DNA of 59,023 nucleotides, from the NCBI GenBank assembly GCA_039630415.1, contig JBCNVB010000012.1:1-59023 (forward strand), written 5' to 3'. This DNA comes from a bacterium (GTDB lineage: Bacteria > DRYD01). The notes beneath the pieces were generated by a model that saw nothing but the letters and a program-made list of their open reading frames with translations, was not told the DNA's origin and did not search any database. A program made the translations under genes and the position numbers. Positions 1-11,338 of the stretch are shown here, piece after piece (the stretch's first letter is position 1; the number at the start of each line of letters is the position of its first letter).

Positions 1-838
1 CCGCTTCCTTCATATCTGTTCCGAGAGAAAAAGATATATCTTTTATCAAGTTTTTTAAGCCTCTTTTGATATATACTCTAGTATAAGGCGTACCTTCATA
101 AAATACCACCACTTCTATGGTTGAGTATCCAAAATCTAAAACAGCAAAAGGGGGGTAATCTTTCAAAACTTTATACCCGCCTAAAGCTTTTGAATAGTTA
201 ATTATTGTCGGTAAAAAAGTTATTGTATTTTTTTGATTTATTGATATGTTATCAGCAAATTCGTACGATAATTTTTCAAAAGGCTTAAGAATCGTTTTCT
301 TATAGTCTGTACCTATAGAACATATTAGTAATTCGACTTCTATGGAGTTTTTTGCAGTTAAACCAAAGGGATTGTATGTCCTATCTATGGAGTCAATTAT
401 ATACATTCTTGGTAAGATAGTGATGATATTTTCGTACTCTTCTGGCAAAGCAACAAATTTTTGTGTATCTATCCTACCTATTTTTGATTTACCGGAAATC
501 CAGTTTTGAATAAATTCTCCCGTTATTTCTAGATTGCTAACTTCTTCCTTAAGGGAAGATGTAGTAGTGTATAAATTATATCCACCTACACTCAGGTATA
601 TATTATCTATATACTGAATATTTAGTTCATTCTTAAGCTTTTTTATCAAATGTGCAATAAATTTTTCATACTCATAGTAATCTATTACTCTACCAAGAGC
701 TACTCCCTTTGATTCCTCAAGACCAATTAGTAGAGGTTCTACAAAGTTACTGTCTGTTTTTAGAGCTTCATCATTAAATTTATACAAACCATATTTTGTG
801 TCTTTACTACCTATATCTAAGAAAAGTATAGTCTTCAT
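1..838 (-). CDS. ftsA: FtsA-like actin-fold cell division protein (partial, runs off the left edge; not in the ORF track)
   Basis: Manual translation from ATG at 838: MKTILFLDIGSKDTKYG...ESKGVALGRVID...YLSVGG...YIIDSIDRTYNPFG...AVLDFGYSTIEVVVF. This gives the LDIGS phosphate-1 motif, a divergent LDFG phosphate-2 motif and an FtsA-like SHS2 region. Confidence 0.7.
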   Translation of the reverse strand, partial: MKTILFLDIGSKDTKYGLYKFNDEALKTDSNFVEPLLIGLEESKGVALGRVIDYYEYEKFIAHLIKKLKNELNIQYIDNIYLSVGGYNLYTTTSSLKEEVSNLEITGEFIQNWISGKSKIGRIDTQKFVALPEEYENIITILPRMYIIDSIDRTYNPFGLTAKNSIEVELLICSIGTDYKKTILKPFEKLSYEFADNISINQKNTITFLPTIINYSKALGGYKVLKDYPPFAVLDFGYSTIEVVVFYEGTPYTRVYIKRGLKNLIKDISFSLGTDMKEA

Positions 839-928
839 CCCTAAGAAGCTCCCTAATAGAATTCTATCTTCTATTCACATATCCTCTAAAGAAGGTAATC
901 ATTAGTTGTTAGATAATAGTATTAATAT

Positions 929-2347
929 ATGCTTTTGTTAGAAGAAAAATTACAAAAATCGGACGTATATAAGCAAGAAAAACAACTAAAAATAGGAATA
1001 ATAGGGGCAGGATATGTTGGATTAGTAACCTCAGTAGGACTAGCTTACAAGGGTTTAAAAATACTTCTATACGAGAAAAATTCAGAAAAGCTTAGTTTAC
1101 TCAAAAAAGGTATATCACCATTTTATGAACCAGATCTTCAAAAATTTTTGCAATACTCAATAAATTCAGGAAACTTAGTCTTTATAGATGAAGTATCCCA
1201 ACTTTTGAAAGAATGTAAATACATATACATATGCGTTGGTACACCTATAAAAGAAGATCAAACATATGACATGTATTTTTTAGATTTCGCTGCAAAAGAA
1301 ATAGCCTCCCATCTACAATCTAATCATCAAATAATAATAATAATCAAAAGCACTGTTCCCCCAGGAACAGCTAGATGGTTCAAGAAAATAATCCAAAGAT
1401 ACCGAAGAGGTAAAAGAACAAATATAGAAGTAGCATCAATCCCAGAGTTCCTTAGAGAAGGAAACGCTATATATGACTTTTTTAACCCTAGCAGAATAGT
1501 TATAGGAGTTGATAATCCAGAAATAGTAGATGAACTAACCCAAATATATCATGATTTCCCAGCACCAATAGTTATAGTATCAACAGTAGAAGCCGAAATA
1601 ATAAAACTCGCCTCAAATGCTTTTCTAGCTACCAAAATATCCTTTATAAATTCTATTTCTGATCTATGTGAACAGTTCAATTGTGATATCGAAAATGTTA
1701 GAAGAGGAATTGGGCTTGATAATAGGATAGGGCTTGACTTTCTCAAACCAGGCATAGGATTCGGAGGATCATGCTTACCTAAAGACTTAAATGCTATAAT
1801 ATCCATCTTTAAAGAAAAACAAATAGATCCTATCCTCTTTGAAGCTGTAAAAAAAATAAATAACGAAAGAATAAATTTAGTAGTCAACAAAATAAAAAAA
1901 GCCCTATGGAATATTAAAGGTAAACTAATAACTATTTGGGGTATATCATTCAAAGCGGGAACCGACGATATAAGAGAATCTCCAGTACTTAAACTAATAC
2001 CCATTCTCTTGAAAGAAGGAGCAAATTTAGTACTATACGATCCAAAAGCAACTAACAACTTTAAAAACCAATATCCACAATACTCTGTAAATCCATCAGT
2101 AAAAATAGTAGAAGATATATACGAAAGTACTCTCAATTCAAACTTAATTGTTATTACTAATGATTGGGAAGAATACAAAAAAGTTAATTTTGAAAAAATA
2201 TATGAACTAATGGAAACACCTATAATAGTAGATGCAAGAAATATACTAGATCATGAAAATATAACAGAAAAAGGATTTGAATACTACAGAATAGGGGTTA
2301 ACTATGAAAGCTCACGAGGTATCCAAAGTTTTGAATATCCAATTTAA
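929..2347 (+). CDS. ugd: UDP-glucose/GDP-mannose dehydrogenase family protein
   Basis: GAGYVG Rossmann motif, CVGTP, KSTVPPG, PEFLREG, catalytic GFGGSCLPKD, FKAGTDDIRESP. Confidence 0.93.
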   Translation: MLLLEEKLQKSDVYKQEKQLKIGIIGAGYVGLVTSVGLAYKGLKILLYEKNSEKLSLLKKGISPFYEPDLQKFLQYSINSGNLVFIDEVSQLLKECKYIYICVGTPIKEDQTYDMYFLDFAAKEIASHLQSNHQIIIIIKSTVPPGTARWFKKIIQRYRRGKRTNIEVASIPEFLREGNAIYDFFNPSRIVIGVDNPEIVDELTQIYHDFPAPIVIVSTVEAEIIKLASNAFLATKISFINSISDLCEQFNCDIENVRRGIGLDNRIGLDFLKPGIGFGGSCLPKDLNAIISIFKEKQIDPILFEAVKKINNERINLVVNKIKKALWNIKGKLITIWGISFKAGTDDIRESPVLKLIPILLKEGANLVLYDPKATNNFKNQYPQYSVNPSVKIVEDIYESTLNSNLIVITNDWEEYKKVNFEKIYELMETPIIVDARNILDHENITEKGFEYYRIGVNYESSRGIQSFEYPI

Positions 2348-4265
2348 AGAACTAAAACAACTAGCAGAAAAGCTACAAATAACCATAAAATCACCAAATC
2401 AAAATCTCACCGACGAACAAATATCAATCATAGAAGAAGCACTAAATAAACAAAATACTACGAAAAACATAAATAATACCCAATCAGTACTAACTGTAGA
2501 AGTAATAGAAGAACCAATTATAAAACAGCAAGAAAGCATAAGAGAAATTGAATTATTACCACCAATAAGTGTAGATACCCTTGCTAAGGCTCTCGAAATA
2601 TCTCCTTCCCAAATTATTCACTTACTCTTCTCCAAAGGACATATGGTAAACATAAACACTACACTAGAACCATCATTAGCAGAAGAAATAGCTCTGGAAT
2701 TCAATACACTACTTAAAATAAAAACAAAAGAAGAACCTAGAATAGAAGATGAAGAAGAAGAAATTTGGACTCCTAAACCACCCGTAGTAACTGTCATGGG
2801 CCATGTAGATCATGGTAAAACTACTCTCCTGGATACAATAAGAAAAACCAATATAGCAAATATAGAAGCGGGAGGAATAACACAACATATAGGAGCATAC
2901 CAAATAGAATTCATGGGTAAAAAAATAACCTTCATAGATACTCCTGGCCATGAAGCGTTCACAACTCTAAGAGCAAGAGGAACAATGGTAACTGATATAG
3001 TAGTCCTAGTAGTAGCTGCTGATGATGGTGTTATGCCTCAAACAATAGAGGCTATTAATCATGCTAAAGCTGCAGGTGTACCTATCATAGTAGCCATAAA
3101 CAAAATAGACAAACCTAACGCTAACATAGATAGAGTCAAAAATCAGTTAGTAGCATATGGACTAATACCTGAAGAATGGGGAGGACAAACCCCTTTCGTA
3201 GAAATCTCAGCTAAAACAGGTAAGAACATAAACACTCTTCTTGAAATAATACTTCTTGTTTCTGAGCTAATGGAACTTAAAGCAAATATAGCTGGTAAAC
3301 CAGAAGGAATAGTTATAGAATCAAAACTGGATAAAAATAGAGGACCCACAGCAACTATAATAGTTAAAAAGGGAATAATAAAACCAGGAATGGCTTTCTA
3401 CATCGGTAAAACATGGGGTAAAATAAGAGCAATGTATAACGAGCGAGGACAACAAATAAAAGAAGCTCCTCCATCAACTCCTGTAGAAATAATAGGTATA
3501 GCACAGGTACCTACAGCCGGCGAAAAATTAATAGTAGTTGAAAATGAAAAAATAGCTAAGGAAATAGCTACTGAAAATCAAAAAATAGAAGAATATAACA
3601 AAAAATTCCAGAAAACTTTCTCAATCCAGGATATACTTTCTAAACTTCATAACAGTGAAACCTTCTTGATGAATATTATCCTTAAAACAGATACACAAGG
3701 CAGTTTGGAAGCTATAAAAACAGTACTGGAAAAAATAGGTACAGAAAAAGTTAAACCCAATATTATACACTCAGCTATAGGAAATATATCAGATAGTGAT
3801 GTACTTCTAGCTAAAGCATCCAATGCTATAATTATAGGTTTCAATACAAAGCCTGAAGCAAATGCCAAAAAACTAATAGACAAGGAAAATATACCAGTAT
3901 ACCTTCATAACATCATATATGACCTTCTTGAAAATGTCAAAAAAATAATCGAAGGAAAAACACAACCAGAACAAATAGAAATAGAAATAGGTGAAGCTCA
4001 AGTTAAACAAATATTTAAGGTCAAAAATGGAAAAGTAGCAGGATGCTATGTACTAAATGGTAAAGTAACCAGAGATTCCAAAGTAATTGTCGAGAGAAAT
4101 AGACAAAAAATATTTGAAGGATATATAGAATCTCTCAAAAGATTTCAAGAAGATGTAAAAGAGGTAATCCAAGGATACGAATGTGGAATAAAAATTAAAG
4201 ACTTCAATGAATACCAACCAGGTGATATCATTAGAATTTTCATAAAAACAATAAAGGAAAACTAA
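2304..4265 (+). CDS. infB: Translation initiation factor IF-2
   Basis: [44 protein letters not shown]. Confidence 0.97.
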   Translation: MKAHEVSKVLNIQFKELKQLAEKLQITIKSPNQNLTDEQISIIEEALNKQNTTKNINNTQSVLTVEVIEEPIIKQQESIREIELLPPISVDTLAKALEISPSQIIHLLFSKGHMVNINTTLEPSLAEEIALEFNTLLKIKTKEEPRIEDEEEEIWTPKPPVVTVMGHVDHGKTTLLDTIRKTNIANIEAGGITQHIGAYQIEFMGKKITFIDTPGHEAFTTLRARGTMVTDIVVLVVAADDGVMPQTIEAINHAKAAGVPIIVAINKIDKPNANIDRVKNQLVAYGLIPEEWGGQTPFVEISAKTGKNINTLLEIILLVSELMELKANIAGKPEGIVIESKLDKNRGPTATIIVKKGIIKPGMAFYIGKTWGKIRAMYNERGQQIKEAPPSTPVEIIGIAQVPTAGEKLIVVENEKIAKEIATENQKIEEYNKKFQKTFSIQDILSKLHNSETFLMNIILKTDTQGSLEAIKTVLEKIGTEKVKPNIIHSAIGNISDSDVLLAKASNAIIIGFNTKPEANAKKLIDKENIPVYLHNIIYDLLENVKKIIEGKTQPEQIEIEIGEAQVKQIFKVKNGKVAGCYVLNGKVTRDSKVIVERNRQKIFEGYIESLKRFQEDVKEVIQGYECGIKIKDFNEYQPGDIIRIFIKTIKEN

Positions 4266-4307
4266 CTTAGCTGAAAAGATAGAATAATTTAGTAAAGAGG
4301 TGAAAAG

Positions 4308-4694
4308 ATGAGTTACAAAATACCTGAAAATCTTCTCTATTCCCAACAACATGAGTGGATATTGATAGAAAATGACACTGCTATTGTTGGAATAACTGAT
4401 TTTGCCCAAAAAGAATTAGGCGATATAGTATATATAGAACCACCACAGCTAAATCAAAAACTTGAGTTTATGAAAAGCTGTGGAACTATAGAATCAGTCA
4501 AAAGTGTTTCAGATATTTACAGCCCAATAGAGGGAATAGTAATTGATGTTAATGAGCAGGTGCTTAACAAGCCAGAACTACTGAATCAAGATCCGTATCA
4601 ATATTGGATCTTTAAAGCAGAAATAAAAAATTTTGAAAAGTACAAGGATAACCTAATGGATGCTTCGAAATACAAAGAGTTTATTGGAGCATAA
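4308..4694 (+). CDS. gcvH: Glycine cleavage system H protein
   Basis: HEW, VGITDFAQKELGDIVY, lipoyl-Lys motif ESVKSVSDIYSP. Confidence 0.95.
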   Translation: MSYKIPENLLYSQQHEWILIENDTAIVGITDFAQKELGDIVYIEPPQLNQKLEFMKSCGTIESVKSVSDIYSPIEGIVIDVNEQVLNKPELLNQDPYQYWIFKAEIKNFEKYKDNLMDASKYKEFIGA

Positions 4695-4699
4695 GAAAT

Positions 4700-4954
4700 A
4701 TGGAAAAACTATATAATTTGCTTAATATAATCTTTATAATTATCTCCATACTTCTTATCATTGGAGTAGCAAGCTATGTAACAGAAAGGTCGGGACTAAG
4801 TGGAATAATGGGACAAACCCCTGAATCTAAATCAACAAAAAAGTTAACCAAAGAAGAGATGATACAAAAATGGACCTCAATTGTAGCCTATATTTTTCTC
4901 TTTCTTTCCTTTCTGCTTAGTATAGTATCTCAGCAAATACATAACAAATTTTGA
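4700..4954 (+). CDS. secG: Preprotein translocase subunit SecG-like
   Basis: 84 aa with two TM helices and a Gly-rich loop (SGLSGIMG); QKWTSIVAYIF resembles SecG TM2. Confidence 0.65.
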   Translation: MEKLYNLLNIIFIIISILLIIGVASYVTERSGLSGIMGQTPESKSTKKLTKEEMIQKWTSIVAYIFLFLSFLLSIVSQQIHNKF

Positions 4955-4965
4955 GTAATTTATAT

Positions 4966-5310
4966 CTAATCTTTCCTCACAACAAAGATAACCAAGCTCA
5001 AAATAATTAAAGAAAGGGAAAGCTTTACTAACTCTATAGAAGAAGGTAAAGGATTTACATAAGGTTGAAAAACAAACTCATTCTCGAAATAAACTAGCTC
5101 TCTAGCTTCTTCCTCATCATGAACATCATGTTGGGAAATTTTTTGATAGTACATTAATGTTGTATCATATAATGATGTTTTGCTAAGAATACTGTAAATT
5201 TGCTTTGAAAACCAAGCATTATACAAACTAAATACGATTAAAAATATCAAAAATGCTATTTTAATAATCTTATAGGTTAATCTTGACTCTTTCATTATTA
5301 CTAGCTTCAT
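4966..5310 (-). CDS. Hypothetical membrane protein (2 TM)
   Basis: ORF with two hydrophobic segments; its start overlaps the end of the upstream gene. Confidence 0.6.
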   Translation of the reverse strand: MKLVIMKESRLTYKIIKIAFLIFLIVFSLYNAWFSKQIYSILSKTSLYDTTLMYYQKISQHDVHDEEEARELVYFENEFVFQPYVNPLPSSIELVKLSLSLIILSLVIFVVRKD

Positions 5311-8300
5311 CTCTTGCTGATATATGTATCTCCTGTTGCTTATCTAGTTCGATTCTTATGCAGTACCTATAAATTCCGGTGTTTGATTTACTTTTTGAAA
5401 GGCTATCTAATCTTAGTGGGACTTTATAGTCCCCTATTTCAATAAATGCTTCTACAAAATTTTCATCCTCTATCTCAACAACCAAGAATCCATTATTATA
5501 AACGTAGTTTTTTATCCTTGGTTTATTATTGTCTATGAATAGCTCAAATACTTGACTCTGAGTAAAGTAATTAGAAGGATTTAACGGTTTATCATCTATT
5601 CTTACTCTAAAAGTATATTTTCCATTTGTCATTATTTGTGAGTTTATATTCAGAGAAGTAACTTTTGAGAAATCAGGTTCATTTAGATCAGTTGTATTTG
5701 TTTCTACTTGTTTTTGATCAAGTATATTCCATTTACCTTTTTCATAATATTCCAGGTATAAGTTTAATTTATCTCCATTGGGGTCCCACACACTGACACT
5801 TATTGAATCACTTGAATTCAAAACTTTTCTATCTAAGTTTAGTATAAAAAACGGTTTATAATTTATCTTTTCGAGTAATCCTATGACCCTGTAAACAATA
5901 GTTTCTGGATATACTAGCAACTTGTACTGAAAGTACCTATATCTATAGTTGTTATTCCTAAAGTCTTTATAATTTATCCAACTAGTCCAGCTTTGATCGA
6001 CTATTGGGTTATTACCAAGTCTGATAAATATATCATATTTACCTGAAGCCTTAACGATTATGTCATATAAATATTTATATTGCCCTGAATCAAATACTTT
6101 CGATATATACTCACCATAACTATTATCTCCCTTATTACTATCTGCGAAATTAACATGGTTAATAACAGTAAAAGTATTTGATATTAATGAAATATAAATT
6201 TTTTCATTATCTTTTGAAAATGGTATAAACCAATAAAAGCTAAGAGGAGAAAATATTTTGTACCAATTGAGATTCAAAGTTTGTTGACTTAGCTGGTTTA
6301 TTTGTCCAATTAGTTCTGATTTGTTTATTAGAAAAACAGCTAGTCTATTACCCTTATAGCTAACGAGTATTTTATCGTTTAGGTGCTTAATATCCTCTAT
6401 GTAACCTGACATATCGAAACCATCATACAGAATTGGTCTAGTAAATCCACTATTAGTTGTATAATTAGGTATAACATAAACAAAGGGTTTGGGATACGTA
6501 CCTATTAATATGTTATCGTCTACTATTTCTAGAGCAGTTACGTTTTCTTGGTAGGTTTGATAGTAAGTTTCACTTTTGGGATTCATTCTTAGCACTACTC
6601 CCCCATAACAAGCAACAAATATATCTTCCTTATTTACTATCAGATTAGATAGATTTATAAACGGAAGTATTCTCTCCCTAATGATTTTGCCATTAGTAGA
6701 TACAAATACAACTGAACAAGGATATTTTATATTCAAAGCAACTATACTATTTTGATAAAAATCTACATTATTAAATATGTAGTGCGTTTTTATTTCACTT
6801 TGTATTGATAGATTTTTGGGGTCAATTAATATAATTCTACCATCATATGTACTTACTATCATTTTATTGCTTGAGATTCTAGCGTCGGAAAAAATACCTT
6901 CAAACTTCTTACTATATTTTATATTCCCATCCTTGTCAATTAGGTGAATTACTGTAGAATTATCAAACTCATAGCACAACCCTAAAAATACACTGTCATA
7001 CAAGTTATTATAATAGTACAATACTTTAAAAAAACTCTTACTAATTTTAATACTTCTAATATGGTTTTTTGAAAAGGTTATATTTGATTGATAGTCTATT
7101 AATACATTATTTTGAATTCCATCAACTAAATCTTCGTATTTTGAGAGATTTACTGTACTGGATATTTCATCTTTCTCTTTCTTTTCAGAATCTTCTGATT
7201 CTTGTAATTGAGAATCATTATTAGTATCATTATCTATATTATTTTTATCTTGCTCATAATTGTACTCCCTCATCATTTCATATAGTTCTTCCTGAACTGA
7301 ATCAGAGTTTGAATTTATATTCCTAATTATGGAGTTCAAAAAAGATACGTATGTTGGTTTAGCTTTATCCTGTTTTTCAACCTTTGATATAGAACCACTA
7401 ACGTTTATCTGAAATATGTCATATCCTAGGGGTATAAAGTTTGTTTTTTGCTTTATTATTATAGGGTAATAAGAAAGATAAATAAATGGTAATGTATACT
7501 GCAGGTAATACTTATAAAATTGAGGTGTAGTTAATGGTATAATCCCTCCATTATATGATATAGCTCCATATAATTTGGTTGAAATTACAACAGACAATGA
7601 TTTAGGATTTGGTTGTGAGAAAAAATTTACAAATGTAATGAATTGATTAAAATCCTTAGGTAAAGTCCAACTTATACCGAGCTCTTCGAAAATTCTGGGT
7701 ATATCATACTCTCCACCCACCCCAAAATATATATCCTCATTAGCGGCTTCAGTTGGAAAAACTACCTTTACACTTTCTGTTTTTGGCCTTTTTAATATCG
7801 GATCAAAATAGTTTATATTAAAAACAATGTTATTATCGTCTCTGTTTGATATTGATATATTGTTTATTATACCTAGCTCCTGAGGTTCAATATTTATTAC
7901 AAAACTTATAAATCTTACATTATTATCCGAACTTACAAATGAAGATAAATATTTAAAGTATTCGTTCAAATTCAACAATATCTGATCTATAGGGGTGTTG
8001 ATAGAAGGTATACTTATTTTTTGTACTCTACCATTACTAAAACCTATCTCAATTAATAATTCATAAGGTATATCAGCCTGAACATATCCACTTACACCTG
8101 AATATAACGTAATTAAACTCAGTAGATACAGAATCTTATTATTATTCACAACATAGCAAGAATAGTCTTTAATTAATTTACCTCTATTGAGTACTCTTAT
8201 ATTCATTGGTATCATTTTAGGTTCCTTTGATAATTTACCCATAATACCATATTTGGTATCAAACACTAAAGAGCCTATTTTCTGATTGGTTATTGATGAC

Positions 8301-9049
8301 AATATAAATGAATCATCATATCTATCAACTACAGTTATTACTTTCGAAATATAAACGGGTGCCTCTATTTTTCCCAAGTTAAACATTTCGTGCCCAAAAC
8401 CCAGAAAATATCCTTCTTTGTCTAGGTAAGTCAAAGTTCCAGTCACGAAAAGTTTTATATCTCCATCGACTAATGCAATACTTATACTACTGCCCTCTTT
8501 TATAGGTAATTTTTGAAAACTTTTTGATGATTCTTCATCATTCTTCTGATTATCAACTACCGATGGTATTGTTGTTATCAAATTTTTTCCAAACAGATTT
8601 TTGAACTCCTGATTCAGTAATGTACTGATATTTTGATTTGGTAGACTAATAATCAAGGGCAGAGAATAATTGGTTTTTGAAGTAATGAGTGATGTAGAAA
8701 AATTTAATTGCTCTGCTTTGATTTTATGCATATATTCAATTGGTATAACAAGTGCTAATGGTTGCTTTTGAAAAGGAAAAGCTGCAAAAAGAGCTCCTAG
8801 AATTTTTCCATTTGAAAATAAAGGACTTCCACTCATTCCTGCAGCAACAGGTAAATCTTTCTTGAATTTTATTAAGTAAACCTTTATATCTAGTGATGCT
8901 TGCTGAAGATATACAGGTTCACGTGTAAGTATATCTACTTCAATTTTTTCTACTCCCCTACCTACATCTGTAAGTATATAATCTTGGCTAAAGCACAAAT
9001 AATTAATAAAACCTAAACATAAAAGTAAAAATAGAATTAGCTTAATCAT
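5270..9049 (-). CDS. Large secreted SpoIVB/peptidase S55-domain protein with a C-terminal beta-propeller-like region
   Basis: Signal peptide; AAGMSGSP nucleophile motif; GTLTY...FLGFGH conserved S55 block; acidic linker; beta-rich repeats; IRLGNNPIVDQSWTSW...RYFQYK motif. Confidence 0.75.
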   Translation of the reverse strand: MIKLILFLLLCLGFINYLCFSQDYILTDVGRGVEKIEVDILTREPVYLQQASLDIKVYLIKFKKDLPVAAGMSGSPLFSNGKILGALFAAFPFQKQPLALVIPIEYMHKIKAEQLNFSTSLITSKTNYSLPLIISLPNQNISTLLNQEFKNLFGKNLITTIPSVVDNQKNDEESSKSFQKLPIKEGSSISIALVDGDIKLFVTGTLTYLDKEGYFLGFGHEMFNLGKIEAPVYISKVITVVDRYDDSFILSSITNQKIGSLVFDTKYGIMGKLSKEPKMIPMNIRVLNRGKLIKDYSCYVVNNNKILYLLSLITLYSGVSGYVQADIPYELLIEIGFSNGRVQKISIPSINTPIDQILLNLNEYFKYLSSFVSSDNNVRFISFVINIEPQELGIINNISISNRDDNNIVFNINYFDPILKRPKTESVKVVFPTEAANEDIYFGVGGEYDIPRIFEELGISWTLPKDFNQFITFVNFFSQPNPKSLSVVISTKLYGAISYNGGIIPLTTPQFYKYYLQYTLPFIYLSYYPIIIKQKTNFIPLGYDIFQINVSGSISKVEKQDKAKPTYVSFLNSIIRNINSNSDSVQEELYEMMREYNYEQDKNNIDNDTNNDSQLQESEDSEKKEKDEISSTVNLSKYEDLVDGIQNNVLIDYQSNITFSKNHIRSIKISKSFFKVLYYYNNLYDSVFLGLCYEFDNSTVIHLIDKDGNIKYSKKFEGIFSDARISSNKMIVSTYDGRIILIDPKNLSIQSEIKTHYIFNNVDFYQNSIVALNIKYPCSVVFVSTNGKIIRERILPFINLSNLIVNKEDIFVACYGGVVLRMNPKSETYYQTYQENVTALEIVDDNILIGTYPKPFVYVIPNYTTNSGFTRPILYDGFDMSGYIEDIKHLNDKILVSYKGNRLAVFLINKSELIGQINQLSQQTLNLNWYKIFSPLSFYWFIPFSKDNEKIYISLISNTFTVINHVNFADSNKGDNSYGEYISKVFDSGQYKYLYDIIVKASGKYDIFIRLGNNPIVDQSWTSWINYKDFRNNNYRYRYFQYKLLVYPETIVYRVIGLLEKINYKPFFILNLDRKVLNSSDSISVSVWDPNGDKLNLYLEYYEKGKWNILDQKQVETNTTDLNEPDFSKVTSLNINSQIMTNGKYTFRVRIDDKPLNPSNYFTQSQVFELFIDNNKPRIKNYVYNNGFLVVEIEDENFVEAFIEIGDYKVPLRLDSLSKSKSNTGIYRYCIRIELDKQQEIHISARDEASNNERVKINL

Positions 9050-9996
9050 TATTCAACTACTCCTTTATTTGCTGCAGAACCTTCCAAATTAGTAGAAAAA
9101 TCTTCTACTTTCCTAATTGAAACACCGTAAGCTTCTTTCGAAATACTTAAAAGATCCTTCTTTAACTCTCTGTATATCCCTTCAAAATCGTTTAATATGA
9201 ATTTGTTGCTATTCCTTACAAGATTAAAATCTAATAAAACAGGGGTTATTGAAACACAATTATTATACACCGCTTCTACATCACTTATCTCATAAGCATC
9301 TTTAAGATACAAATCTATGAGTTTATCAAAGTTATCAGATGTTTGGTATTTATGTCTTTTCCAGTATATCCAGAAGTAAAGGTTTTGTCTAGGATCATGA
9401 CGTGCCTCTAAATACGCTACATGTCTAAAACTACTCTGATAGGTAACGATCGGAAATAAATCTTTTCTCAGAGAATAAAAAGGGGGAATATTTATATTTA
9501 GTAAAATACCTTTATATTTTTCCAAAAAACCCTTATATCTTGAAACAAATTCGTATACAAATATACTTGCAAATGAATAATCGGGATCATCATACTGAAA
9601 TAAGCTAATAGCGATTCCTGGTATGCCATATATGAATCCTTCTACTACTGCAGAAAAAGTACCAGAAACAGTTAGATCCATGCCCATATTAGCCCCTCTA
9701 TTTATACCAGATAAAACTATATCTATATGATTTTCCAAATACCCTTTAGCTATTATTACACAATCTGCTGGAGTTCCGTTACAACTATATATCTCTACCT
9801 TACTATCCCTATATATTTCCTTGATTCTTACAGGTAGTTGATAGGTTATTGAATGCCCACTTACACTTCTTTCTCTGTCAGGAGCAACTACTATCAATCT
9901 GTCTGTTATTTGATTTTCATCTTCAACAAATTGTTGATACAAAGATATAATACCCTCTGCATTATAACCATCATCATTAGTTATCAAAATCTTCAT
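9049..9996 (-). CDS. surE: 5'/3'-nucleotidase SurE
   Basis: LITNDDG, VVAPDRERS, GTPADCV, SGINRGANMG, SGT. Confidence 0.93.
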   Translation of the reverse strand: MKILITNDDGYNAEGIISLYQQFVEDENQITDRLIVVAPDRERSVSGHSITYQLPVRIKEIYRDSKVEIYSCNGTPADCVIIAKGYLENHIDIVLSGINRGANMGMDLTVSGTFSAVVEGFIYGIPGIAISLFQYDDPDYSFASIFVYEFVSRYKGFLEKYKGILLNINIPPFYSLRKDLFPIVTYQSSFRHVAYLEARHDPRQNLYFWIYWKRHKYQTSDNFDKLIDLYLKDAYEISDVEAVYNNCVSITPVLLDFNLVRNSNKFILNDFEGIYRELKKDLLSISKEAYGVSIRKVEDFSTNLEGSAANKGVVE

Positions 9997-10002
9997 ATCA
10001 TA

Positions 10003-10317
10003 TTATAAATCTTTAAGGTCAAATATTGATTGTCTTCTTGTAGCTCTTGTTTCCGTTAAATCCTGATTATTTTCAGAGGTATTTGTTTTCTGTGATGATT
10101 TATGAATTGTAACACTCGAATCCTTTGAACTTTTAGCAAAAGACTCTGAAAGAGATATTTTTTCTTTCTTTGTCCTTTTAGATAAGCTAACTTTTACCTT
10201 CTCAGACATAAAGTAATTCAATATAGCCCAAATTACGGTAATTATACTTATCGAAACTGCACTCATAAATAACATTCTTTGTATACTTAACACTTGATCT
10301 AGTTCAAGTGATTCCAA
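10003..10317 (-). CDS. Hypothetical single-TM protein
   Basis: One TM followed by a basic, Ser-rich tail; GGAGG upstream of the TTG start. Confidence 0.6.
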   Translation of the reverse strand: MESLELDQVLSIQRMLFMSAVSISIITVIWAILNYFMSEKVKVSLSKRTKKEKISLSESFAKSSKDSSVTIHKSSQKTNTSENNQDLTETRATRRQSIFDLKDL

Positions 10318-10337
10318 TTATATTCTACCTCCTTTAC

Positions 10338-10853
10338 TTACTGCTTTTCCTGTTTAAATTTAGCTATTTTAGTTTTTACATCCTCTATTATTTCTTGGGG
10401 TATAAATAATGATAAGTCTCCATCAAAAAAAGCTATTTCTCTAACTAAAGAAGAACTTAAGTAATTGTACTCAGGGCTTGTCATAAAAAATATGGTTTCT
10501 ACATCTAACATTTTTGAATTAACCATGTGTTGCTGAAATTCATACTCAAAGTCAGAAACTGCTCTCAACCCTTTGACTATGAACTTTATGTTCCTTTCTT
10601 TCATGTAATCTACTAGTAACCCAGAATAATTGTCTATCTCAATTTTGGGGTTATTTGACAAACATTTCCTTATTAAATTTATCCTTTCATTTATTGAAAA
10701 AAAGGGTGTCTTTCTGTAGTTTTTCAATACTAGTATTATGAGTTTATCAAATAAATTTATTGCCCTTTTTACTATATCTACGTGTCCTAAAGTTATTGGA
10801 TCAAAACTTCCAGGGTATACCGCTACTTTAGCCTGATATGAAAAATCCTTCAT
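10338..10853 (-). CDS. coaD: Phosphopantetheine adenylyltransferase
   Basis: YPGSFDPITLGHVDI, GLRAVSDFEYE, LSSSLVRE. Confidence 0.96.
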   Translation of the reverse strand: MKDFSYQAKVAVYPGSFDPITLGHVDIVKRAINLFDKLIILVLKNYRKTPFFSINERINLIRKCLSNNPKIEIDNYSGLLVDYMKERNIKFIVKGLRAVSDFEYEFQQHMVNSKMLDVETIFFMTSPEYNYLSSSLVREIAFFDGDLSLFIPQEIIEDVKTKIAKFKQEKQ

Positions 10854-11316
10854 CTTCCTGAGATTTAGTAGTAGCAGACTTTTGAGGTTCTTTTTGAGCT
10901 TCTTGTTGTTGAACAGCAGATAAGAATCTAGCTATTTCTTCAGCTGTAAGTTGTCTTACTATTATAGGATATTCCATAACTTTTTCATCATTTAAAAATA
11001 CCTCAACAGTATAGTCACCAAATTCATTAAACTGAATATCTTTGAAATAGTTTACCATTAGCTGAGGTATGTTTCTTTGTTTTAGTTCAAAATCTTGTTT
11101 TCCAGTAGATACAAATCTCTCACCTGTGGGTGCTTTTATTACTATTTCTTGGCTAAAATTACCTTCCCCATTACTCCATCCATTAGCTATATAGAAAGAT
11201 ATAGGAGCATTTGGGTAAGGTAGTTCGTAAAATACATATGAAAAAACGGGGGGTTTATCTTCTGTATCCAGATCTAAACATGGTATAGAAAACTGTAGAA
11301 CTGGTTTTGTTGCCAT
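10828..11316 (-). CDS. Hypothetical beta-sandwich protein (DUF6941-like)
   Basis: Clean ORF with GGAGG SD; the pattern F..FGDYTVEVFLND recalls DUF6941 (family call tentative). Confidence 0.55.
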   Translation of the reverse strand: MATKPVLQFSIPCLDLDTEDKPPVFSYVFYELPYPNAPISFYIANGWSNGEGNFSQEIVIKAPTGERFVSTGKQDFELKQRNIPQLMVNYFKDIQFNEFGDYTVEVFLNDEKVMEYPIIVRQLTAEEIARFLSAVQQQEAQKEPQKSATTKSQEDEGFFISG

Positions 11317-11338
11317 CTTCTTTACCTCCTTTTATAAG

